A DNA stretch of 64,000 bases. Source: Ostrea edulis (Eukaryota). The notes under the pieces were generated by a model. It worked only from the letters and a program-made list of their open reading frames with translations. It did not search any database and was not told where the DNA came from. Each line of letters starts with the position of its first letter. Positions within the stretch are counted from its first letter, which is position 1. The position numbers and the translations under genes are program-made. Location: contig NC_079170.1 in the NCBI RefSeq assembly GCF_947568905.1, positions 28,086,001-28,150,000 on the forward strand. Reading direction: 5' to 3'. This document shows, one piece after another, positions 1 to 10,313 of this stretch.

Positions 1-380
1 ATGTTCGCTTTTCCTTATCATTTAGCTTTTTATTAATGAATATAATAAAACATTTAAACTTATCGTTTGGATTTAAACAGCACTAAACCACTGCGAAACA
101 GCTCCTGTACCTACCGTTTATTCGTTTAGAAATTACAATTGATCTTTAGATTTTAGTCACCTGCCTTTGGAAGACACATCTCTGACACAGAGAGTCACAT
201 TCACACCAGAGCCAATGATAAGCAAAAGATATTATTGGTGATTATCGACAGGGCAGTTACTCTGGGAGGTGGGATATAACATATTCATTTGAGGCCATTG
301 ATTGATTCACAGGAGCCGGCTCTTGAAGAACCGTCCCTCCTACTTCCCACATGTAATCGATGACGACAGCGTTACTATCT

Positions 381-415
381 TATAAAGAGTGGAATTTCAT
401 GTGTCAATTCATTTC
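381..415 (+). promoter_or_regulatory. Candidate core promoter (TATA box plus initiator) of the neuropeptide gene
   Basis: TATAAA at 381-386. TCATTT (Inr-like TCAKTY) at 409-414 puts +1 at A411, 30 nt downstream of the TATA. A CRE-like TGACGTCG lies at 496-503. Confidence 0.5.
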
Positions 416-596
416 GCTTTCAGATAGGTGCTGCTACAATTTATGCAACAATAATGCTTAGGGATATTAGAACTATGTAACCACTGCATTATTTTTGACG
501 TCGTTGGACAAAGTTATTAACTGCATCTCGTAAACAATAGGAAGCATATATTTCTAGGAGGTAACACGGTTGAGAAGTGAAACTGACAGCTCAAAA

Positions 597-1226
597 ATGA
601 GCCTCAATATTTGTTTATACGGCCTCGTGGTGGTTTTGAGTTTCTGCCACGGTGAAGCGATATCCACTGACCAAAACACAGACGTTTCCCCACAGGCGAT
701 AGGCCAAGAAGCACAGGACACAGCAATTTCAAAAAGGCGGTACGGAGACGAGGACTTTCAAAAACGTTTGCGATATTTCATTGGCAAACGTGCAGACGCA
801 GACGACAAAGAGGAAGAAAAACGCATGCGGTATTTTCTCGGAAAACGTTTTAATTTGGACAGTGACGTGAACAAAAGATTACGATATTTTCTTGGAAAAC
901 GTGATTCTTCAGAGGATGACAAGAGAATGAGATACTTTCTTGGGAAACGTCCTGACGGAGCCGCTGGTGGAGAAACGGAGAAACGAATGAGATATTTCCT
1001 TGGTAAGCGTGGATCCAATTTTGAAGTTGACCCTGACTTGGAAAAAAGAATGCGTTATTTTCTCGGCAAACGAATGCGATACTTTCTGGGGAAACGATCG
1101 GACGATGAGACGCTGGTGAACTCGACCCCTGAAAACGAACTTTCAAAACGAATGAGATATTTTCTTGGAAAAAGAGATGGAACAAGATACTTCTTAGGAA
1201 AACGGTTAAGATACTTCCTAGGATAA
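597..1226 (+). CDS. Neuropeptide precursor with ten xRYF(L/I)amide peptides (MRYFLamide/LRYFLamide; LRNFVamide/PRQFVamide-like molluscan pentapeptide type)
   Basis: AAAATG at 597 opens 209 codons; the ORF track starts at an upstream TTG (570). Hydrophobic signal peptide MSLNICLYGLVVVLSFCHG. Repeated KR-peptide-G-KR units give 6x MRYFLG, 2x LRYFLG, 1x LRYFIG and 1x DGTRYFLG, mostly separated by acidic spacers. Family assignment is inference. Confidence 0.95.
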   Translation: MSLNICLYGLVVVLSFCHGEAISTDQNTDVSPQAIGQEAQDTAISKRRYGDEDFQKRLRYFIGKRADADDKEEEKRMRYFLGKRFNLDSDVNKRLRYFLGKRDSSEDDKRMRYFLGKRPDGAAGGETEKRMRYFLGKRGSNFEVDPDLEKRMRYFLGKRMRYFLGKRSDDETLVNSTPENELSKRMRYFLGKRDGTRYFLGKRLRYFLG

Positions 1227-1470
1227 ACGTGTTCTGTAAGTTGGCTCCAGTTCCAAAATGTACTCATGTTGTTTCAAATGCATCTGCTCAATTTTACGAG
1301 GCAATTTGAAATTTTTTATTTTGTTTTGTTTAAGTTTATTGGTTTTGCGAGAAACGTTATCTCGAAAAAATGAAGTATTGCATGGTATTCTTAAACGTTA
1401 TTGTATAACACATATAATTTATTTGTATCACGCATATATTTTTGTTGATATTCAATTTGTTAACCGTCAA

Positions 1471-1616
1471 AATAAAAGAAAAGTGTATGAATTGTCTCCA
1501 ACTTCTCTTTGCAAATTATTCCAGATCTATCCTTTGAATATGATGCAAATTCCATGAAATTTAATGCTGTTGTGCTTTTTCGTGTGGTGCATCATTATAT
1601 CATTATTGTGATTAAA
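1471..1616 (+). terminator. Candidate polyadenylation signals of the neuropeptide mRNA
   Basis: AATAAA at 1471-1476 and ATTAAA at 1611-1616 in the AT-rich region after the stop codon. Confidence 0.35.
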
Positions 1617-1957
1617 TGGAAGCATTCAACTGAATCTTATGTCTTATTATGATTACTTAATATATTGGAGTAAAAGTATAGAAAGTGTAACGTCTCTCAC
1701 GAAAATTAAGATCATCTTATCGACGCATATTCATCTTTAGGAAGCATAGTTTATATTCCTGATATAAGCTATATTCCGCTTGCTGAGAGACCCTATGTAT
1801 TCTACACATGTAATATTCAACAACATTAGATCATGTGAATTTCCCACATATTTCTATCTAAATTTTCTATCATCATTATATGATGTTAATTTCTCTACAT
1901 TCCTTAGAAATATGGCAAATTTGACAATGCTAGTTTCGTAAATTATCTCAATCAATT

Positions 1958-2302
1958 TTAGTCAAGCATGATAACCGTAGTATGTTTTAAAAATGACTTG
2001 CGATCAATCTCTGCGATCAGGAAGACGCTTTTCTGGAAGCGTAAAGTGTAAAGTCCGGTGGTATATTTTTCTTCACGGATCCGGATGAAACACGAACAAT
2101 AAGGAACAAAAACTTTGTAACATCGGGAGTTATCAGTTTTAACGTTTTTCCACCCTATAATCCAGACGTGATTTACATTTACCCGAAGAAAATTCCCCGA
2201 TATGAGTGTCACTTTCAGTAACCATTGGGTAAACCAGTCGGGCGGATAATATGGTTTTGCGTTGGTTATTTTATTCACATCGAAGGTATATACCATTTTC
2301 AT
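1958..2302 (-). CDS. Possible 114-aa ORF of unknown function (weak CUB-domain-like pattern), convergent with the neuropeptide gene
   Basis: ATG-initiated ORF outside any repeat recognised here. YPPDWFTQWLLKV..SGNFLRVNV loosely resembles the CUB YPxNxxCxWxI...GxxIxLxF segment. An ORF of this length could arise by chance. Confidence 0.25.
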   Translation of the reverse strand: MKMVYTFDVNKITNAKPYYPPDWFTQWLLKVTLISGNFLRVNVNHVWIIGWKNVKTDNSRCYKVFVPYCSCFIRIREEKYTTGLYTLRFQKSVFLIAEIDRKSFLKHTTVIMLD

Positions 2303-3067
2303 GCATAAAAGTGAAACACTGTCTTGGTACCCGAATATCGTTCAACTGATAGATATAAGAAGGACAGTACAACAAGCTGTTAAAATGGAACAGTTTCCTG
2401 CAGAAAGCAACCATCACACATTTTTATGGAAAAACCTTTCTCTACTTTTTACAACGATATTCTAGATATACCAAAGTGCGTTTAAAACATGATTCTATCC
2501 GTACGTTTCAGGTATTCTGTGTATCAAACTTTCGACATGTGTTTGGGCACTTTACATTGCCATAACGTGTCAACTAAACAGAAACTATTTTAAGTTTTTG
2601 GGGGAAATATTGAAATGGATTGCCATAAATTGTCACGCTCAATATGTATTTTGTCTATATCACAAAATAGGGGAAAAAGTATTTAAAGGGTATCTATTCC
2701 CTACAATCAGCCGGAAAATGTTTAAAAGAGCCATGGTGTATTGTTAATCAGTGTTCACTACTTTTTCAGCGTAGGTAACTCTCTCATTCAAGATCACACG
2801 ATTTAGGCATATTCGTATTGAGTGTCCTCTATACTAGGGTTGCACCAAGTATGAGAAAATTCATTGACATATAAGTTTAAATGCCACTGTGTCCCCTCTT
2901 TAACACACTCCCACTGCATTTGGAAAATATCCCTCAAACAGATTGTCATTCAACGACGACCAATTACATTAATAATTATATTCTTATGACAGTTAGTAGG
3001 GGATATGTCTTTCACGTAATAGACTTCATTAATGAAATAAAAGCTCGTGCAATTATTTAAAAGAAAA

Positions 3068-3208
3068 GCTCGCGGCGACTCAGTGATTAGAGTGTTCGAA
3101 TCGTAACCGGAAATGTCGTGGGTTCGAGTCGCACGCACCTTTGCCACGTAAAAAGCAAGCACTTCACCTACAGCTGGTGACGTCTCCATATAAGTGAAAC
3201 CAATCAAC
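3068..3208 (+). mobile_element. tRNA-derived SINE, internally deleted copy
   Basis: A-box-like start and GGTTCGAGTC B-box at ~3121, then the family 3' core GTGACGTCTCCATATAAGTGAAA and a CAAT tail, as in the other SINE copies in the window. Confidence 0.75.
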
Positions 3209-3256
3209 AAATATTTTATTTCTTGAAGAACTAAGCGTTGTTTCCATTACTTAGAG

Positions 3257-3471
3257 TGAAAGGTGAAGATAACGAACAGTGATCAATCTCACAACTCCTG
3301 TAAGCAATATAAAATAGATAGTTTGGCAAACACGAACCCCTGGACACACCAGAGGTGGGATCAGGTGACCAGGAGGAACAAGCATCCCCTGTCGACCGGC
3401 CACACACCCCGTGAGCCTCACATCCCGATCAGGCAAACGTAGTTATCCGTAGTCAAAATCAGTGTGCCAAG
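3257..3471 (-). mobile_element. Dispersed SINE-like retroelement 'family A' (core GGTGTGACCGGTCGACAGGGGATGCTTACTCCTCCTAGGCACCTGATCCCACC)
   Basis: Highly similar to copies at ~10205-10313, 37676-37842, 45320-45556, 51765-51965 and 56128-56275; where the 3' end is retained it reads ...TTATCTTCACCTTTC. Confidence 0.85.
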
Positions 3472-3827
3472 AGTATTATATCTAATCAAATTTTGAATAA
3501 TCGATTGTCTCTTTTGTGTTCCTTAAAATAACACGAACATTTGATGCAAATGACAGTATGAGTGAAAGTAGACGAAGTCGTAGTTGAATATGTGATCGTT
3601 ACAAAACGCCTAATCATTTTAAACACCTGAATACAATGCATTACACTATAGGACTATGGTGTTAAAATTGACAAATTAAGGTGCCTAAGAATTTGCTTGA
3701 ACACAAGGATTTATCAACAACTGCGCGTGTAGTACCGCTAAGCTGGTGTTAAATTCCACTCTGTGACTGGTGTGCAGTATGTTGTATAAACTTATATAAT
3801 ACATGTATGTAATTTGTTTCAGCTGAA

Positions 3828-4157
3828 GGGGGTATACTACTTGTACATCATAATGACTACCATCCTTTAAAAAGTTAATTGAAATATAAATATCTATAAA
3901 TCTCTATTCTGATTAGATTACTTGTCTTTCAGAGTAGCTCAGTGAGTTAGTATATCGACTGCTGATCTGTAAGTCATGGATTCGAGTCCAGCAGGGTTTA
4001 TCAACAAACAAAAATTCAGATTACTTTATACTAAAACTGCACTTTATTTTTACTAAATAAAGTAAATTTGACAGTTTTCAATTTCAGAATACTGTTGTAC
4101 ATGTACATATATTCCACTTTACGTCCGTATCAAATTTCTCTAGTGTAGTATTTCTCC
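3828..4157 (+). mobile_element. Kolobok-like MITE carrying a tRNA-like cassette (copy 1, degenerate ends)
   Basis: Reverse-complement homolog of 38548-38864 and 52073-52387. Internal TAGCTCAGTGAG...GGATTCGAGTCC at 3930-3999. Confidence 0.7.
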
Positions 4158-4542
4158 TTGGCAATTGAGTATGTACATACATGCATACAACTGTACCTAC
4201 ATACGTACGTACGTGTACACACATACGTACGTACGTACCTACACACATACAGACAGACAGACATGTGCTCCATTTGATTAGGAAATAACGCTAGTAATTT
4301 GTATAACTTTTTACAATGCCAAGAAAACTGTCATATCTTTCCCCTCAATTGTATAATACAAGATACAGAAAGTCCTTCAATTTAAATGCAGCTCAATGTC
4401 GGTAGTTACTCTACATGCATCATAACCTAATCATTATGCAAGTTAAGGGTCGACAAATCTTTCAAAAGCTATCGATCGTGCCGTACATTGACCTATAGCT
4501 ATGCTAAATGAAATCCATTGATGCCAGACTAGTACTCATGTG

Positions 4543-4712
4543 ATTGATTGATTGATTGTATATTGCTCGAGAACTTTTCACTCATATGGAGACGTCGCGG
4601 TAAAGGGCTGCAAATTTTAGGCCCATGTTCGGCGTTTACGGTCTTTGAGTAGGAAGGGATCTTTATCGTGCCACACCTGCGGGGACACGGGGCCTCGGTT
4701 TTTGCGGTATCA
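4543..4712 (-). mobile_element. tRNA-derived SINE, 3' half
   Basis: (ATTG)n tail, then CACTCATATGGAGACGTC...GGGATCTTTATCGTGCCACACCTGC, matching 21040-21945 and 25678-25927. Confidence 0.85.
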
Positions 4713-4970
4713 GATATATCGATAATTTACATGGAAATTGTAAGAAATCACCCCTTCATATTTTGATGATCTTTAATCAAAGTGCAAATTGACATACTGC
4801 CTAAAAGCAATACTATCGGATACATGTACAAGTCATATATGTGCTGTCCCTTTTTCTCATTGTCATTATGAAAAATGTCCAGTCCTAAGATACGTTCAAA
4901 ACGCAGCTTCCGCACACGTAAAATCACTCGTAAAGCCTACATTTACTGAATTAACTACATTTAGTAAAAC

Positions 4971-6706
4971 CACAGGAGTCTGAAGTTTTATCAATAAAAT
5001 CAAAATAAAAATCCGGGAAAAAATTATCCAATCCGGAAAAAAATTATACACCGTTTTAAAGTAAAGCGTTCTACTTGAAGGTCAGAGGGATAATTCGTAC
5101 CCTCAAGTAGGACCCATGGTCACCCGAAAGTAGTTCTTCTATCTCGAAGTAAATGTATGTAATAATAAATAAAAGTGAAACTCTTATCTGTTAGAAAATA
5201 GTAAATGTGCCTACTTTCTGCATGACTTTGTCATTGTCGAATCACAAATCTTTCGGCGGATGGACATGTTTCTATGTACATTCTGTTATGAATCCGTTTA
5301 TTAGGTCTATCCACTTTTCTGTGTTTTTCTTATGTACATTACTATTGCTATTATCATTTCATATATTTTTCCTAATTTAATGATTTTTTTGTTTCAATGC
5401 TTGCAGATGAATAAACTTCAACATTATATAGAACCTAACAACATAGGCTTTAGTGGGACCATATCCATATTGGGGAATTGTTCCAACCCGTTGATTAATG
5501 GTTCTACAAAGGTTACCCGTGGTCACCATTATAATGTAGTGATTATACAAGGGTCTCCTCTGGTCATCCATGAATGTCATGTTCATATACGGGTTACCTC
5601 TGATCACCCATTGATGTAATTGACATGTAAGAGTTACCTCTGATCACCCATTGATGTAATTGACATGTAAGAGTTACCTCTGATCACCCATTGATGTAAT
5701 TGTCATATACGGGTTACCTCTGATCACCCATTGATGTAATTGTCATGTAAGAGTTACCTCTGATCACCTATTGATGTAATTGTCATATACGGGTTACCTC
5801 TGATCACCCATTGATGTAATTGTCATGTAAGAGTTACCTCTGATCACCCATTGATGTAATTGTCATATACGGGTTACCTCTGATCACCCATTGATGTAAT
5901 TGTCATGTAAGAGTTACCTCTGATCACCCATTGATGTAATTGTCATATACGGGTTACCTCTGATCACCCATTGATGTAATTGACATGTAAGAGTTACCTC
6001 TGATCACCCATTGATGTAATTGTCATATAAGGGTTGCATCTGGTCATCCAATGATGTAATGGTCATGTAAGGGTTACCTTTGGGGTGACCCTTGTACGAC
6101 CATTATTATATCAATAGGTGACCAGAGGTAACCCTTTTATAACCAATTGCTTCTATGGGTGATCAACGGTTACCGTTATAATATTGTTAAACATATGGTG
6201 ACCAGAAGTAAACCTTTTATGATATTTACATCAATAAGTGATCAGAGGTAACCCTTATATGATAATTACATCAATAGGTGACCAGAGGAAACCCTTATGT
6301 GACCATTATATCAATGGGTAACCAGAGGCAACCCTTATATGACAATTACATCAATAGGTGAGCAGAGGTACATGTAACCCTTGTATGACCATCACATCAA
6401 TGGATGACCAGATGTAACCCTTTTTATATAATCATTACATTAACTGTGACCAAAAGTATCTTATATACATCAATGTCACCCATCGATGTAATACCCATTT
6501 AAAGGAAACATTTGGTCAACCATAGATGCACTAATTATAAAACGGTTGGGTTCTACTTGAGGGTACGAATTATCCTTCTGCACTTGAGAGTACGAATTAT
6601 CCTTCTGTTCTATGAATTAAAAGACGGTATATAATTTTTTTCCGGATTGGATAATTTTTTCCGGATATTTATTTTAATTTGATTGATAAAACTTCAGACT
6701 CCTGTG
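4971..6706. mobile_element. Non-autonomous foldback DNA transposon with 7-bp TSD (P-superfamily/Galileo-like)
   Basis: Long TIRs start CACAGGAGTCTGAAG (4971-5115) and end CTTCAGACTCCTGTG (6548-6706). The element is flanked by identical GTAAAAC (4964-4970 and 6707-6713). No transposase ORF. Confidence 0.85.
5591..6500. repeat. 40-bp tandem array followed by an inverted, more degenerate array of the same unit
   Basis: 12 units of G(A/G)GTTACCTCTGATCACCCATTGATGTAATTGTCAT(GTAA/ATAC) at 40-bp spacing from 5591 to 6070. Orientation flips at ~6083, and reverse-complement units continue to ~6500. Confidence 0.95.
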
Positions 6707-7874
6707 GTAAAACTGCGTCCAGGGCCCAGTTGCACAAAAGATGATGAATTTAATTGGCGGTTAGCATCTAGTTAACACTATATATCGTGTGAGAGTTAAT
6801 GACAGGTAAATTATCAGTTACAAACCCTCAGAAAACTGGGTCCAGAAAATCATGGTGGGGTCAATGATGGTAAACGACACACAAATACATTTATGTCCCA
6901 TGTAAGGTTGTCTCCCTTCTTGTACAGCGACATCACCAACTGTAGGTATAGTGCTTCAAGTTCGACCTCAACATGGAGATCAAGACGGTGCGGGTTCTTT
7001 AACATGCCTACTCAACTCGGGGAAAGTCTTATAACCATGTCCAAGCCCTTCTAGGTGTATTAAGTCTTTATTGTCTATAGATTACTAATAGAATGCACTA
7101 TATCATTTCATTTGAATTCTCCTATTAGGGAGAGGGCTAAAATAGGCTATGCCTGATGTCCGATCTCATCCACTTATTTGTGAACGAAATATTGTTTAAA
7201 TTAAATCATTTAAATATCATGTCATATTGAAATTATTTTACCGATTGCTCTACTTTTGCTACTAATGACTAACTTTTTCTTCAAAATAAAATATCGATAC
7301 TGTGAGTGACAGATTTTTCTGTGGTGGAGAACTCCTGCATTTATACAGTTTCTTGAAACTTGATCCAAGCACTCAGAAACAATCTTCTTATCTCTTGCGT
7401 TCGATCTTTAACACTTTTACCAGAAGTTCATATATATCTTTATCTTATTTGTAAATAGTTTGTATTTATAACCGATGAACTGCATAGCTTAAAAGGAAAT
7501 AAAGAATATGGATCTGTATGAAAATAACAATATATTGTGGAATTCGAACCTAATTGGAGAAAATTACTGCTTTCAAGCATTAGCGTAGGATCTGATAATT
7601 TTGAACATGAAATCTTTGGAAAAGCATATACCTTTTTTAACTTTACGACTTAAAAATAGAATTGACGAAAGTACAAGTAGAAACACAACTGTCCACGTGT
7701 CACCATTTTTGGAAGGAAGAAGTTCCCCGCCCCCGTCCATAAGCGATGTAGTTGTTTGGTTTTTTTTAAATTTTTTTTATTTTAACCGCCAATCTCTCTT
7801 TTGTATAAAAAAAAAAAAAAAAGAAAGAAAGAAAAAAAAATCCTGTGGTACAGATTTACGTCAAAACCAATAAT

Positions 7875-8270
7875 AAACTAGATATTATTGTGATGATAAG
7901 CTTTGTGACATTATTTATAGGAGACTCAAAATTGATATGCATTCCTTTGATATAAGCTCATATACAAATTTTCAATTCATTTGCAGCAGGGATAAGTAAA
8001 AGAGTCTGGAAAATTGTCAATCCCTGAAATTTAAGTTTAAGGTCTATAACTCTTTTAAATATAGCTCAACAAAATCTAATACTCCAACTTTATTTCTTAC
8101 ACATTGATAGAAGTTCATGTATAAATTCTAATTCGGAAAGCTGCAGGGATAGCCAGAAAAAAAAAATTAATAAATCCAGAAAAGCATTAACAAGGACGGA
8201 AGGATGCACGCTCAAACAGGCTGATCACTAAAGGACACTCGTCTATCGCAGGGTGGCAATTATCACCATG
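7875..8270 (+). mobile_element. Degenerate Helentron-like non-autonomous element
   Basis: AAACTAGA start, internal AGCTCATATACAAATTTTCA/GGAAAATTG motifs typical of bivalve Helentron cores, and an eroded GGACGGA/hairpin end. Confidence 0.35.
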
Positions 8271-8529
8271 GCGGTCACTCTGCAGGAGAGTTTTTCAATG
8301 TGTGAAATATCTTGTGGTTGAAACTTAATGGTTCCTTGTGATTGGTCTTCTTAACATAGTAGAAGTAATTGAACATTAATTAAGAATTTTAGAATTTAGA
8401 CAAAGAAAATGTTATCATTAAAATTTCTTTCACTAGAGAAAACAAGTTGCTGTCTTTTAAAGGGAAAACGAATGCAGTGCATGGAGCATAGGCATGTGTT
8501 TCTAATAGATACATCATCTTTCAAGTTGA

Positions 8530-8830
8530 AATGAAAATGTGTTTTAAAGCAGATTTTTAAATCTTGAAACATACAAATATTTCATTACAAGTCATTGCTA
8601 GAGCTGTAATGATATATAGTGGATATGAAATATCTGTAGTTTTGACCTTTAACCTCAGAATTAAGAGCCATCCTTGTCGTTGATCTGGATCTAAAATTCA
8701 ACAGAGGACACAATTTGGTCTAGATAATAACGTTTGAGTTCCATACCTTAATTCAATGATACAGAAACGATGCTCACAAGCTTGAATGTCGTTCTTCAGT
8801 ACGATAGCTCAGTGCAACTTCACCAATTGG
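8530..8830 (+). repeat. Diverged member of a dispersed family also present at 32290-33310 and 33840-34330
   Basis: Collinear similarity: AAAATGTGTTTTAAA..TCTTGAA..ATTGCTAGA..CCTTTAACCTCA..TTGATCTGGA..GCTCACAAG.TTGAATGTC..GATATGAACAAC. Confidence 0.6.
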
Positions 8831-9439
8831 ATATGAACAACTATATATTACCTTTCTAATTTAATGCTTTATTTATTTAAAGTGGATTGCAAACGGCCCT
8901 AGAGCTGGGAATATGCTCTTTATCTTTTTGTTGACCGTTGATGAAATAAATATGTTGTCATGTATGCATAACTGAATAAATTAGACCCAATAACATTTAT
9001 CCTTTTTTGTTACGAACACCCTCCCCCCTAAATTCTGTTTTTCACAAACGACACAGAGCATGTTTTTTAATTGTCTTGACAATTGTGTATAAAACATTGT
9101 CGATCCCGATAAACATGTACTTGCGCATGGTCATGATCAAATTGGCTTTCCCTCCATGTGTACGATCAAGTGCTAACCTGTTAGGTTCCAATCTATACTT
9201 AAAGGTCATCAAACTAAAGTTTAGCCTAGTTCCCTGTCCCTGCTATGCTCCGCTCTACTGCTTTTAGTCAAGGTGCCAGGGAACCAACTAGCTAAGTTTC
9301 CCGCATAGCAGCCGGTGAATACCGATCCCGATTTAGATAAATGCGTACATTTATACATGTACAAATTGACTTCATGGGTTTTTTATTTGTACTCTGGAAT
9401 ACTCCTGTTTAAGAGGCATACACAAGTCAAAATTTGTAG

Positions 9440-9680
9440 CACTTTATCTAAACCTGATAAGGCAGTAGCAAAGAGAGCTCTTTATCATGCCCACGCTTTA
9501 TCGATGCACGGGACATCCCCTTTTTAAGATCATATTTGAAAACCCTGTGACTTTCACGTCTAATGCTGTGTGTTTTGTGACTTAAGGAACAGTCACTACC
9601 AATATTGAATATCTTATAAGTTTGACGTGGTGCCAGGGTCGATAATCTAAACCGGGCCTCCTGGTTGCGCGGTAATTATT
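9440..9680 (-). mobile_element. Diverged tRNA-derived SINE
   Basis: Reverse-complement similarity to 53855-54162 (CACGGGACATCC..TTTAAGATCAT..GTGAC..GGAAC.GT.ACTACC). Confidence 0.65.
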
Positions 9681-10204
9681 TGCAATACAGTAACTTCAGT
9701 GAACAATTCGGACGTAAAACAGCTAACAAACAAGCAAAACTGTATCGCATATCTCTTATACTGTACATATATTTAATTTAATGCTGTTTTGACTTACATG
9801 TATACATAAATATTTTAAAACAGAAGTATTCCAGAGTACAAATAAAAAAAAACCCATGTTCTCACTATTTGATTTTCTGAGAGTTTGAGAATTTGAAGAC
9901 CATGCCTCTGCCTTGCAATCCTCTGAAATATAAAATGTAGTCGGATCACTCACATTTGCCCGGGTCCAAATTCGGTATGTTAAGTGTACTTATTCTTTAT
10001 TATCTATAAATTGAATGCAGTGTATCGTAGCATGTTGGCACTGTATCACACAGATTTAATAAAAACGACAAATTTGTCATGGAAATTTGATACAATATTA
10101 ATACCATGAATTCTGTATTCATTTAATTTAAACCAGAGTTGCATGATGGAAAGTAATTTGAAATATTTCAAGATTTGACATTTTATCAACCACGATTATG
10201 AAGT

Positions 10205-10313
10205 TTTGTTTACCCAATCGAGATATAGGGCTCACGGTGGGTGTGACCGGTCGACAGGGGCTGTTTACTCCTCCCAGGCACCTGATACCACCTCTGGTAT
10301 GTCCAGGGGTCCG
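10205..10313 (+). mobile_element. Family A retroelement fragment
   Basis: GATATAGGGCTCACGGTGGGTGTGACCGGTCGACAGGGG...CACCTGATACCACCTCTGG. Confidence 0.8.

Noticed and set aside
570-596. TTG start and 9 extra N-terminal residues in the ORF track
   Set aside because: Eukaryotic context; the ATG at 597 directly precedes the signal peptide.
758-1267. Antisense ORFs with repeated FPRKY motifs
   Set aside because: They are the reverse-complement shadow of the YFLGKR repeats; no independent evidence of coding.
3068-3999. Possible tRNA genes at 3068-3140 and 3930-3999 (also 38692-38761 and ~53860)
   Set aside because: A/B boxes are present but acceptor and anticodon stems do not pair, and each lies within a SINE or MITE.
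5591-6070. CRISPR-like appearance of the regular arrays (also 45565-48445, 57361-58100 and 60574-60778)
   Set aside because: Units are contiguous with no unique spacers, there are no cas genes, and the DNA is eukaryotic.
6721-6843. Small GGGCCCAGTT...AACTGGGTCC element (Harbinger-like MITE)
   Set aside because: Only a 10-bp imperfect IR and no matching 3-bp TSD; not enough to call.
9222-9290. 69-bp TAG...CTA mini-element resembling AcademH ends
   Set aside because: TIRs are imperfect and the putative 9-bp TSD matches at only 6/9.
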